Virus record (IMG/VR): IMGVR_UViG_3300033552_000009
Span: 1 to 55,734 of that record
Length of the DNA: 55,734 bases
Reading direction: 5' to 3' (one strand)
Origin: a virus
Each line of letters starts with the position of its first letter. Position 1 is the stretch's first letter. The notes beneath the pieces were generated by a model, which had not been told where the DNA came from, searched no databases, and saw nothing but the letters and a program-made list of their open reading frames with translations. This document shows positions 1 through 8,793 of the stretch, piece by piece. The position numbers and the translations under genes are program-made.

Positions 1-127
1 ATTCGGGCTGCTGCGATTGATTCAGCCCACATTAGGGACTTAGCTGCTGAAAAGATTCGCGTCGGTACGCTGTATGGTCATACGCTTTCGGCCTCTGTAA
101 TCAACGGTGCAACCGTTAACGGCGGGG
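1..127. repeat. 127-nt terminal direct repeat, identical to 55608..55734; closure overlap of a circular or circularly permuted genome
   Basis: nt 1-127 (attcgggctgctgcgattg...accgttaacggcgggg) recur exactly as the last 127 nt. The ORF opening at 54015 stays in frame across the junction. Confidence 0.9.
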
Positions 128-606
128 TTGTCAATTCGCCGCAAATCAATTTTGGTTCGCTGAATGGTACAACCGGAAGTTTTTCGGGAGTTCTTACTGC
201 TAGCGCAATCAACGCGGTAAACACAATTAATCTTGCCGGTTTTTCTGTAACGGTTCCGATGTTTTCAGGTTGGACCGGTCAGGGTTCGGGGGCAAGAACT
301 TCGCAATCTTCCTCGCAATATTTTTTAGCTAATGCCGGTATTATTATTATCGGAACGGTTAGCGCAACTTCCCCCGGTACTGGATTTGACTTGAAGTGCC
401 AGTTTTTTGTAGTTAATGCTACTAGCGGAACTCTTTATACGCTTGATGCTTTTACTAGCTCAGGCACAAATAACGCAACTACAACGGGAAGTACCTATTT
501 TACGATTCCTACTGATGATTGGTATTATGTTTATAGTGTAGGAACAACTAATAGCGGTGGTTCTATTTCTAATTCTTCATTATCGGCATTTGGGGCAAAA
601 CGATGA
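1..606 (+). CDS. J-like host-specificity / central tail fibre protein, C-terminal part (same gene as 54015..55734; 732 aa once circularised)
   Basis: Frame 1 is open from nt 1 to the stop at 604-606. It is the in-frame continuation of the 54015 ORF (55608 maps to nt 1, both codon position 1). The Met at 259 in the ORF track is internal. The distal end is Ser/Thr/Gly-rich. Confidence 0.8.
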   Translation: MRAAAIDSAHIRDLAAEKIRVGTLYGHTLSASVINGATVNGGVVNSPQINFGSLNGTTGSFSGVLTASAINAVNTINLAGFSVTVPMFSGWTGQGSGARTSQSSSQYFLANAGIIIIGTVSATSPGTGFDLKCQFFVVNATSGTLYTLDAFTSSGTNNATTTGSTYFTIPTDDWYYVYSVGTTNSGGSISNSSLSAFGAKR

Positions 607-1217
607 TAGCTTATTTTAATGAAAACGGTAGATATACTTGGACCGGTAATGAATCGGTAATGGTGGATGGCGCACCCCCGCCGCCCGCAAACCCTTTCGC
701 AATTGGCGCATTTGGTCGATATGATGGAGTTGTAGATCAACTTACGCAATACCATGATCTTAAAAAGAACGTTCCCGTTGACATACCCGCCGCCCCATCC
801 GTTTATCACGTTTTTAATTGGGAAGTAAAAAAGTGGCAATACCCAAAAACGTTGGACAATTTTCAACTTAGTAAATGGGCAGAAATTAAAGCCGCCCGAC
901 TTGCCGCAAGTGAACAACCGTTGATTACGCCATACGGTGTATTTGACGCAAAAGAAAAAGATCAACGTAATATAAAAGATCAATTATTAATTGCCAATAC
1001 ATTAACGGCGCTTGGCGCACCCGTTGAAATACCGTTTACGCTTTACGATAACACTGTATTAATCATGAATGCCGATATGATTATGCAAGTTGTATTGCTA
1101 TTAAACGCTCAGATAAAAGATGCCAGAAATCGGGCAACTGAGTTACGCGAAGTGATTTTTAGCGATAATATAAAGCCTGCCGCCCTTGCGGCTATCCAAT
1201 GGGCTAAAAATGGCTAA
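603..1217 (+). CDS. tail-fibre assembly / chaperone-like protein (DUF4376-like core)
   Basis: ATGA start-stop overlap with the upstream gene. The segment LSKWAEIKAARLAASEQPLITPYGVFDAKEKDQRNI resembles the conserved core of phage tail-fibre assembly proteins. It sits just after the J-like gene. Confidence 0.45.
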   Translation: MIAYFNENGRYTWTGNESVMVDGAPPPPANPFAIGAFGRYDGVVDQLTQYHDLKKNVPVDIPAAPSVYHVFNWEVKKWQYPKTLDNFQLSKWAEIKAARLAASEQPLITPYGVFDAKEKDQRNIKDQLLIANTLTALGAPVEIPFTLYDNTVLIMNADMIMQVVLLLNAQIKDARNRATELREVIFSDNIKPAALAAIQWAKNG

Positions 1218-2076
1218 TCTACGAATCATTTACGACAATGCCGCTGACCGGGCAACCATAGTAGCCAGTTCTACAACGGGGCTTTTGGGTGTTCAAAACC
1301 TGAAAAGCGAAATCAAAGCCTTGCCGTTTCGTAGTGTGGGCACTTCAGTAACGCTTGATTTGTCATGGGCAACCAATGAGTATTTTGGCGGTTTATTCCT
1401 ACCTGCCAGTAATTTGACGCCACAAGCAACTTGCCGCATACTTGGATTTAGTGATTCTGCTCATTTAACTCAAATTTTTGATACCGGCGTTGCGTTTGCA
1501 AATCCCGGTTCTGCTTTAGGTCAGATAACGTTAGGTCAACCGTTAAACGCAAACGCGACAAGTAGCGATGGCACATTACCGCTAAACGCAAATTCGTTTG
1601 CTTATGGTGCTGGCGCAAAATGTATTCAATGGGCCAATCAGCAATATATCGTTAAATCGTTGCGAGTTATTTTAGATGACCCGCAAAATCCATTTGGCAA
1701 GATTGACATATCCCGATTGATAACTGGCGGTTATTGGTCCCCGCAACATAATGCGTCATACGGGGCCGAATTGATACCGGATGATAATTCTAAAATAACT
1801 AGAACAGATTCCCGCGATTTCATTGTTGACCGAAATGAAATCATTGACATTATGAAGTTTGATATTGAAGGAATGCCGTCTGTTGATAGGGCGGTTCTTA
1901 CCAAAATTATTAAGGGGGTTGGAACTTACCGTTCTATTTCCGTCTTTTTAATACCGACTGGCGATGACCCTTTGCTACAGCAAGATTCGTCAATATACGG
2001 CAAACGCGATAATTCGGGTATTCGTTTCACATCGTTTAACGCATATTCAAATTCATTTTATATTCAAGGGTGGTAA
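1210..2076 (+). CDS. tail-tip/fibre-associated structural protein, function unknown
   Basis: ATG 1210 overlaps the upstream stop at 1215-1217. The ORF-track start at 1186 is a TTG. It lies inside the tail-fibre cluster. Confidence 0.45.
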   Translation: MANLRIIYDNAADRATIVASSTTGLLGVQNLKSEIKALPFRSVGTSVTLDLSWATNEYFGGLFLPASNLTPQATCRILGFSDSAHLTQIFDTGVAFANPGSALGQITLGQPLNANATSSDGTLPLNANSFAYGAGAKCIQWANQQYIVKSLRVILDDPQNPFGKIDISRLITGGYWSPQHNASYGAELIPDDNSKITRTDSRDFIVDRNEIIDIMKFDIEGMPSVDRAVLTKIIKGVGTYRSISVFLIPTGDDPLLQQDSSIYGKRDNSGIRFTSFNAYSNSFYIQGW

Positions 2077-2078
2077 TA

Positions 2079-5000
2079 ATGCCAGTGGAAAAATTTTACT
2101 TTGGACAACCGGGACCGGAGTACATTCAGGCGCTGAATGAACTTTGGGCGGTTGCGTCAGTAGGGGGGACTAGTACAGGATTCACCCCGACTGACCGAAT
2201 CAAACTTGATAGCATAGCTTCGTCAGCTACTGTCAACCAAACCGATGCCGTTTTAAAGGCACGGGCAAATCATACCGGTACGCAATCGGCTGACACGGTA
2301 ACAGACGGCGTAACGAATAAAATACTTACGGCGGCTGAAAGAACAAAGCTCGATTCTGTTGCCGCAAACGCTACGCAAAATAGCACCGATGCTACTTTGC
2401 GGGACCGAACAACGCATACCGGTTTTCAGCCGATTGCCTCAATTACGGGGCTTCAGGCGGCACTTGATGCAAAGCAAGCCACTACCACATTCAAAACCAT
2501 TAACGGACTGTCCATTGTAGGAACAGGCGATTTGGCGATTACGGGCGGTGGCGCGGCTACAGTTACTGACGTTGCGGGTAAAACCGGAAATGTCGTATTG
2601 GTTAAGGCTGACGTTGGACTAGCCAACGTTGACAATACAAGCGATGCTACAAAACCCGTTAGCGCATTAACGCAAACGGCTTTGAATAATAAGCAAGCTT
2701 CGCTTATTGCTGGCACAAATATTAAAAACGTAAACAATCAATCAATTGTTGGCGCTGGTAATATCAATATTTCGGCACTTGAAACGGTGCAGACGTTGAC
2801 CTTTGCTAATCCGATAGTGTGGGATGCTTCGCTAGGCAAAATTGCAAAAATAGTTTTGACCGGGACAACGCCTATTAGTTTGCCCACAAATCTAGTTCCC
2901 GGCTGGTATGCGTTAAACGTCGATCAAGACGCCATTGGTTCTAGAAATCTTACGTGGTCAGCGGGTTACTTTATTGAGGCTGGTTTGTCGCTGTCAACTG
3001 CCCCAAATACTCGTGATGTACTTTTCTTTATGTCTGACGGCGTTGAAATGTACCTTGCATCTATGGCTAAAGGAAAATCCCTCGTAACCGGTGGCGCACC
3101 CGCCCTACTGGCTCCCCCTACTGTTGTTTCTACGAATACCGCAACGTCTAATTCAATGACGATTTCTTACAGCGCCGTTAACGGTAGCTTTGGTTATCAA
3201 GTTGAACGAAATGGCGTTAAGGTCAATACCGGCTCACTTACCGGACTGTCATTTATTGACACGGGATTAAACCCTTCGTCAAGTTATACTTGGACAGTTA
3301 AAACGCTTAATTCCGCGCTTGTTCCCGGCGCGGCCTCTACCGGTGCAGTTGGGACAACTTCACCCGCTGCCGCTGGCGATAACAATTTGATGCCGATGCC
3401 TGCTAACGTTGTTGGCATGTATTTTGAAGTTTACGAAGGTAGCGCAATTACGTTGTTGGATATTCCGGCTGCTGTCAATGTCGTCTATTTGTTTCACGCC
3501 CGCCCCGGTGGTCCTGAAAACCCTTCAGGCCGCTTCAATGCTGACGGTACGCCCATTCGTTCATTTAATTGGGACAATTCCGGGGATGGCACGTTTGTAA
3601 TGCCGAATGCCGGTGAAGCCCATATTTCAATCGAAAAAATTAGGGCGCTTCGTGCTGCCGGTAAACGAGTTATTTTGACAGTTGGCGGTGCAGCTAACGG
3701 ATTCAATTTTAATACCCGGACCCGTTCGCTTAACTTTATCACTTCGTTTAAAGCATTAGTTACGCAATTGGGCGGCAAAATTGATGGTATTGATTGGAAT
3801 ACCTTTGAAGCCTATATGCGTTCCGTTTACGCAAATAATCCGGCTGACTGCACGGCAAATACTGCTGAATTGGTTTTTATTAGCCGCACGTTGCGCGATT
3901 TCTACGGGACTAGTTTCAGCGTGACAATGCCGCCTACGCCTGATGTATTCGGAACCGAAGCTTACCGTAGCCCATACGATTTGGTTGTTGCAAAAGCATT
4001 GAAAGATGACGGCACATTGACGTATGCCGCGCCGCAATTTTACGATACGCATTTCAACAAAGACGTTAACTACGCTTCAGGCAAAATTGCCCAATGGTGT
4101 ACTGCACTTGGCGAAGATAAAGTTGTTTTCGGAACTTCTCACGGCAACTTACGCGGAACCTTTGACGATTGCTTAACCGCTGCTGAAAACTATCGTGAAG
4201 TAGATAAATTCAGGCTGACTAACAAACCGCGTGGTTTCTTTATTTGGAGTATGCACGATTACGTTAGATTGGGATTCCCTGCGTTTCTTGACACGATGGT
4301 TTCCAAAATGGGCGCACCTTCCGCTGTTGTTGCCCCGCCTGCCCCGACTGCCGCCGCTGTCACAAACGCATTCGGTCATGCCGGTGGTCAGAACGGCGCA
4401 CGGTTTGAAATGGTTGCCGCTAACCTCAAACAAGGAACTGCCGCAACGTCAGCCACTGTTACCGCAACAGGTCAATACGTTGGGCGGGTTGTTGATCTGA
4501 GTGCTAATGACAATTCCGTTTCGATTGTTGACCCTGTGCCAAACTTTGGTTTTTATAGGGTTGTCGGTGCAAAAACGCACGTTACGTTTTATCAAGGGAT
4601 GCAATCAACAACTGGCGGGGGTTCTGGCGAAAATACAGCAAATGGGTTTACGCTTTGCGTAGCGGTTGCGCCAAAAGAATATTACACGCATATTTGGTCA
4701 GATAAATCAGGCGCATTTACAGGCCGCAATTTGTATTACGATGCAGACGCAAACGGGTTGGTTTTCTCAGTTGGTACGGGAACCGCAAGGGTTACAGCGG
4801 TAGTTGGCGGTTTGGGCGTTTTGTATTCTGCCCCAACTGGCACGTTTAACGTTAAAGCTTGGCACGATAGGACAGCTAATACTATTAACCTTCAGGTTAA
4901 CGGTGGAACTGTTGTTACTACGGCCTGCCCTGCGTTTGCTGCCGGTTCGCTAAATTATGCGGTTGGTTCACAGTTTGGCGCAAATAATCTCGAAACGATT

Positions 5001-5093
5001 CAAGATATGTGGGCAAGCGTTCACGTAAACCATGAATTGACTGCCGCGCTTCGTGATGATCTGTCAAATTATGTCGGGGCATTCCGGCCATAA
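2079..5093 (+). CDS. tail fibre/spike: N-terminal fibre repeats, FN3, GH18 (class III chitinase/hevamine-like) barrel, C-terminal ConA/LamG-like lectin domain
   Basis: ATG 2079 follows AGGGTGG. There is a twofold T..ER.KLD...A.AT.N.TDA.L..R..HTG.Q fibre repeat, then an FN3-like stretch (PPTVVSTNTATSNSMTISYSAVNGSFGYQVERNG...YTWTVKT). Barrel-like motifs are VNVVYLFHA, KRVILTVGGAANGF and GGKIDGIDWNTFE, compared with hevamine LDGIDFDIE. Confidence 0.6.
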   Translation: MPVEKFYFGQPGPEYIQALNELWAVASVGGTSTGFTPTDRIKLDSIASSATVNQTDAVLKARANHTGTQSADTVTDGVTNKILTAAERTKLDSVAANATQNSTDATLRDRTTHTGFQPIASITGLQAALDAKQATTTFKTINGLSIVGTGDLAITGGGAATVTDVAGKTGNVVLVKADVGLANVDNTSDATKPVSALTQTALNNKQASLIAGTNIKNVNNQSIVGAGNINISALETVQTLTFANPIVWDASLGKIAKIVLTGTTPISLPTNLVPGWYALNVDQDAIGSRNLTWSAGYFIEAGLSLSTAPNTRDVLFFMSDGVEMYLASMAKGKSLVTGGAPALLAPPTVVSTNTATSNSMTISYSAVNGSFGYQVERNGVKVNTGSLTGLSFIDTGLNPSSSYTWTVKTLNSALVPGAASTGAVGTTSPAAAGDNNLMPMPANVVGMYFEVYEGSAITLLDIPAAVNVVYLFHARPGGPENPSGRFNADGTPIRSFNWDNSGDGTFVMPNAGEAHISIEKIRALRAAGKRVILTVGGAANGFNFNTRTRSLNFITSFKALVTQLGGKIDGIDWNTFEAYMRSVYANNPADCTANTAELVFISRTLRDFYGTSFSVTMPPTPDVFGTEAYRSPYDLVVAKALKDDGTLTYAAPQFYDTHFNKDVNYASGKIAQWCTALGEDKVVFGTSHGNLRGTFDDCLTAAENYREVDKFRLTNKPRGFFIWSMHDYVRLGFPAFLDTMVSKMGAPSAVVAPPAPTAAAVTNAFGHAGGQNGARFEMVAANLKQGTAATSATVTATGQYVGRVVDLSANDNSVSIVDPVPNFGFYRVVGAKTHVTFYQGMQSTTGGGSGENTANGFTLCVAVAPKEYYTHIWSDKSGAFTGRNLYYDADANGLVFSVGTGTARVTAVVGGLGVLYSAPTGTFNVKAWHDRTANTINLQVNGGTVVTTACPAFAAGSLNYAVGSQFGANNLETIQDMWASVHVNHELTAALRDDLSNYVGAFRP

Positions 5094-5177
5094 GTAAAAG
5101 CGGTTATGTGGGCAGAAATGCCCATATAATCCAATTTTCCTAACCCCCTTTATTCATTCCTTTATGGAGTTTTAATC

Positions 5178-5687
5178 ATGCGTAAATTCTTTTCCCACAT
5201 TTCAGTGGCGTTTCTTTTTGCAGTCGCCGCGTTTTCTGGACCGGCGCAAGCTTTGTCAATGTCCAACTATCTTGAAAACAAGCTGGTTGATTACCTGTTT
5301 CGGGCGCAAACCTTTGCACCCCCTCTTACCATGCACGTAGGGCTGTTTACAAGCGCCTGCAACGATGCGGGGCCGGGAACTGAGGTATCGGGCGCGGCTT
5401 ACGGGCGCGGGTCAACTACCAACGCGCTAGCCAATTGGGCAGGTACGCAAGCGGCTGCGTCAACCCTTGCCAGTTCTGGCACTGGCGGCACGACAAGCAA
5501 TAACGTTGTAATTACGTTTCCAACGCCTACGGCAACATGGGGCGCGGTTACGCATATGGGTATTTTTGACGCCGCAACGGCTGGCAATATGATGTTTTGT
5601 TTTGCGCTGACTACCGCGAAAACGATTAACACGGGCGATACCATCACGTATCCCGCTGGTTCGCTGACCCTGCAAATTGACAACTAA
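5178..5687 (+). CDS. secreted (Sec signal peptide) small phage fibre-like beta protein
   Basis: GGAG lies 8 nt upstream of the ATG. The N-terminus MRKFFSHISVAFLFAVAAFSGPAQA-LS is a typical signal peptide with an AQA cleavage site. The body (LVDYLFR..P..MHVGLFTS...GTEVSG.AYGR...ITFP..TA.WG.VTHMGIFDA.TAGN) resembles a small family seen in phage tail regions. Confidence 0.6.
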   Translation: MRKFFSHISVAFLFAVAAFSGPAQALSMSNYLENKLVDYLFRAQTFAPPLTMHVGLFTSACNDAGPGTEVSGAAYGRGSTTNALANWAGTQAAASTLASSGTGGTTSNNVVITFPTPTATWGAVTHMGIFDAATAGNMMFCFALTTAKTINTGDTITYPAGSLTLQIDN

Positions 5688-5697
5688 GGTTGACGCA

Positions 5698-6009
5698 ATG
5701 ACGTTGCTAGCAACCAATACCTTAACAGGTGAACCGCTGAATTGGGCCGCTGCCGAAGCATTCGGATACCCTTGGGCCAATTACGTGAAAGCTGACGGCA
5801 CGGCTGGCGTTTCGATTGATATTCTGCAAAACGGAATTATCGAAATTTGGATTCCTGAATCCGATTTGGCGCAAGCCGAACGGCTTTTGGGTAAAAAGGT
5901 TTCCAACAAACCCCAACGGGTTGACCAATTGCGGGCATATATCGCACAACGACTTGGGACAATGATAGACATTCCTGAAGAATTGCTGTTACCGCCTACT
6001 GCTGTTTAA
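5698..6009 (+). CDS. DUF2591-like phage protein
   Basis: ATG 5698 is preceded by AAGG. The ORF-track start at 5677 is a TTG. The N-terminal L.G..LNWAAAEAFGY and C-terminal IDIPEELL resemble DUF2591 (NinX-like) proteins. Confidence 0.4.
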   Translation: MTLLATNTLTGEPLNWAAAEAFGYPWANYVKADGTAGVSIDILQNGIIEIWIPESDLAQAERLLGKKVSNKPQRVDQLRAYIAQRLGTMIDIPEELLLPPTAV

Positions 6010-6024
6010 AGAAAGGTTGTCTTA

Positions 6025-8793
6025 GTGGCAACAGTAATTTCAGGCGTTAATTTCAACGCATCAACCGATGCTGCCACTTATACAACCGCATCATTTACGC
6101 CTGTCGCAAATGATCTGTTAATTATCTTTATTGGTATATCGGGGATGGGGACTAGCCCCGCCCTTTCTACCAATCTTGCCGGTGAAACTTTTACACTGGT
6201 TGAAGAAACCCCGCTAACGACAAATACAAGCAACATGCTTGTTTATATAGCTAATCAGCTTACGCCCGCAACGGCTAGGACGATTACCTATACACAAACT
6301 GGCGTAGCAACCGGCAATTGGATTCAAGTACATCGTATTGCAGGAATGTCCCGAACAGGACTTTCCGCGATTCGCCAAAAAGCTGAAACCGCAAACTCTG
6401 TGCTGAATGCTCAGTTAACGATGACGTTACCTGCTGCCGCGTTAACTGCAAATCCTTTATGCGCGGCATTCATAAATAACGGCACGGGTCCGGCTGCTCC
6501 TGCTGGCTGGACACTGGTTAGCGGGGTTTCTCGATCTTCCCCCACTACTCGTTGTGGTGCTTGGCACATTAATTCAGGCTTTACGGGTACGCTTGTTCAA
6601 AATGACCCGGCAACAAATAGCCCTACTTCTATTTCAGCAACGGTTGTTGAATTAGATACTTCGTCAGCTACCGTTCAAAATCCGCTTGCAGGCGCGGGAA
6701 CAGTTGAAGCAACCGGAACGGGACAAGCAACATTAGATAAGCCGCTTGCTAGTGCTGGCATTAATGAAGCAACCGGAACCGGTAATTTCGTTACCGCTGT
6801 ATTATTAAATTCAACCGGCGAAGTTGTTGCAACCGGAACCGGTGATTTGTCGGCAACGGTCCCGCCTGTTAATCTTGCCTCTGATGGCACGGTTGAATCA
6901 ACCGGAACAGGCAACGCGGCACTTGATAAACCGCTGGTCGGAAATGGCTTAAATGAAAGTACCGGAACCGGCGCTATTGCGCTTGAAATAACAATCGCTG
7001 CCGATGGCACAACAACCGCCACGGGAACCGCTGAAGTCTCGATAAGCAAGCCACTTGCCAGTTCTGATGCTGTTGAAGCTACGGGAACGGGCGCAATCGC
7101 TTTGGATAACCCCCTTGCTGCTGCTGGCGCGGTTGAAGCAACCGGAACGGCTGAATCGAGCATTGACAAACCGCTATCCGCAAGCGGCACGGTTGAAGCC
7201 ACGGTAATAGCTAACGAATCCGTTGAAAAGCCGCTGGCGTCTGCCGGGTCTGTTGAATCTACAGGCTCAGAAAATATTCAAGTAGCTATTATTTTGGCTG
7301 CTGAGGGCACGACTGAGACAACCGTAGCCGGGGATTTTACCCATACCCTAGCTGCAAATACTTCATTGGCGGGCGATGGGGCGGCAATTGCCACGGGGAC
7401 CGGCGAATTCGGCGTTGACAAGCCCCTTTCAGGCGCGGGTGATGGGGTAGCCACGGGTACAGGCGAAACGGCCTTAGACAAGCCCCTAGCGGCTGACGGC
7501 TTCGCAAGGTTTGCCCGATATATCCGCGACTATTTGAATTTTTCTGAAGGCAGTAGCACAAACGCTTGGATTGAAATTCAGGCGTATAACGCTGCCGGTG
7601 TAAATCTGGCTTTGGGTAAAACGGCTACGCTTGATACTGCTATTGGCGAAGGCACAACCGCATTAATTACCGATGGCAATTTAGACACGTTTCCTTATCT
7701 TGCCGCATATTCGGCCAATAACAACGTTACCGTTGATTTAGGTGCAATTCACGATATTACCTCTGTAAAGGTTTATCACTATTACGGTGACGGTAGAACA
7801 TATTTCGGAACAAAAACCCAAATTTCAGTTGACGGTGTAAGTTGGACAACCGTATTCGATAGCGCAATCTCAGGCACATACGCTGAAACCGCGTCAGGCA
7901 AATCAATTACTTTCGCGTCAGTAGAAGCAACGGGAACCGCTGACCTGTCAATAGGCAAGCCGCTAGCTGGCACGGGCGAAGCAATCGCCACGGGAACCGG
8001 TGAAATCGGGGCAGACAAGCCGCTTGCCGGGTCCGGTAGTGCAGACGTAGCCGGGACCGCTGAAACGGCCTTAGACAAGCCCTTAGCAAGTGCCGGTTCT
8101 ATAGAAGCCACGGTAATTGGCGATTTCACAATAGTTGGGCCTGCCGTTACTGATTTGGCGTCTGCCGGTATCGTTGAATCAACGGGAACCGGCGACATAA
8201 GCAAGGCGGTAATTCTTTCGGCTGACGGCTTTAGCACGGTGATTGGCGCGGGTGATCTTTACCAAACCGCCCTTCACGAATTGGGCGCGGCTGGCACAGT
8301 TGAAAGCACGGGAACGGGTGACACAATCCTAGCCGTTCCGTTAACTAGTGTGGGCAATGTCGAATCAACCGGCACAGCAAATATAAATGTTAGCACTAAC
8401 GTAAACATTGGCGCGATTGGTTCTGTTGAAACTACCGGAACCGGTTCGCTTTTGGTTGCTGTTGTCTTGTCGGCAAATGGCGAAATAGTTTCTACCGGCG
8501 ATGGCACTTTGGCAAAGGTTGTTGAATTGGGTAGTGCAGGGGATGGGGTTGTTGTCGGTGACGCTGACATACAAGCAATCAGATTATTTTATTCAAGCAC
8601 CCCTAGCAATCGAACAGTAAAATTCAAGGATTCCGCTAGTCAAGTAGTTATTTCTGCTTTGGCTAATTATGAAAAATACGGGTCAGTAAACAATTCTGAA
8701 GCTTACGGCACAAACTCAAACGCAATTGTCGTTGGGCCAAAAGACAACCGAATTGCTATACCCCCTAACCAAAATCAAATGAGAATCCAATGA
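6025..8793 (+). CDS. repeat-rich fibre/adhesin-like virion protein: about 26 tandem 20-aa repeats interrupted by an F5/8 type C (discoidin/CBM32-like) domain
   Basis: GTG start. The repeat unit is ATGTG-x5-(D/S)KPLA-x-xG-x-VE with a 20-aa period. The central segment NAWIEIQAYNAAG...ITDGNLDTFPYL...VTVDLGAIHDITSVKVYHYYGDGRTYFGTKTQISVDGVSWTTVF matches the discoidin pattern. Confidence 0.65.
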   Translation: MATVISGVNFNASTDAATYTTASFTPVANDLLIIFIGISGMGTSPALSTNLAGETFTLVEETPLTTNTSNMLVYIANQLTPATARTITYTQTGVATGNWIQVHRIAGMSRTGLSAIRQKAETANSVLNAQLTMTLPAAALTANPLCAAFINNGTGPAAPAGWTLVSGVSRSSPTTRCGAWHINSGFTGTLVQNDPATNSPTSISATVVELDTSSATVQNPLAGAGTVEATGTGQATLDKPLASAGINEATGTGNFVTAVLLNSTGEVVATGTGDLSATVPPVNLASDGTVESTGTGNAALDKPLVGNGLNESTGTGAIALEITIAADGTTTATGTAEVSISKPLASSDAVEATGTGAIALDNPLAAAGAVEATGTAESSIDKPLSASGTVEATVIANESVEKPLASAGSVESTGSENIQVAIILAAEGTTETTVAGDFTHTLAANTSLAGDGAAIATGTGEFGVDKPLSGAGDGVATGTGETALDKPLAADGFARFARYIRDYLNFSEGSSTNAWIEIQAYNAAGVNLALGKTATLDTAIGEGTTALITDGNLDTFPYLAAYSANNNVTVDLGAIHDITSVKVYHYYGDGRTYFGTKTQISVDGVSWTTVFDSAISGTYAETASGKSITFASVEATGTADLSIGKPLAGTGEAIATGTGEIGADKPLAGSGSADVAGTAETALDKPLASAGSIEATVIGDFTIVGPAVTDLASAGIVESTGTGDISKAVILSADGFSTVIGAGDLYQTALHELGAAGTVESTGTGDTILAVPLTSVGNVESTGTANINVSTNVNIGAIGSVETTGTGSLLVAVVLSANGEIVSTGDGTLAKVVELGSAGDGVVVGDADIQAIRLFYSSTPSNRTVKFKDSASQVVISALANYEKYGSVNNSEAYGTNSNAIVVGPKDNRIAIPPNQNQMRIQ
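6679..7500 (+). repeat. degenerate 60-bp tandem repeat block A (about 14 units) inside CDS 6025..8793
   Basis: Reiterated ...gaagcaaccggaaccgg...gataagccgcttgc... units, translating to the ATGTG/DKPLA 20-aa repeat. Confidence 0.8.
7915..8575 (+). repeat. degenerate 60-bp tandem repeat block B (about 12 units) inside CDS 6025..8793
   Basis: The same repeat family resumes after the discoidin domain (ATGTADLSIGKPLAGTGEAIATGTGEIGADKPLAGSG...). Confidence 0.75.

Noticed and set aside
1873-1884. atgccgtctgtt, resembling the Neisseria 12-mer DUS ATGCCGTCTGAA.
   Set aside because: It is a single copy with the last two bases wrong, so chance is sufficient to explain it. The enriched word in this genome is a different sequence.
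6675-8574. Several long minus-strand and alternative-frame ORFs (e.g. 6675-7202, 7782-8237, 8274-8570) inside the repeat-protein gene.
   Set aside because: They are shadow ORFs created by the stop-poor, repetitive GGN/GCN/ACN codon composition of the plus-strand gene. They have no RBS, and the plus-strand frame carries recognisable domains.
6679-8575. Possibility that the repeat-rich fibre gene is a diversity-generating retroelement target or that the promoter cassettes are a CRISPR-like array.
   Set aside because: No reverse transcriptase (YxDD) or template repeat exists anywhere in the genome. The repeats are in-frame coding units, and the promoter cassettes are separated by genes of different lengths.
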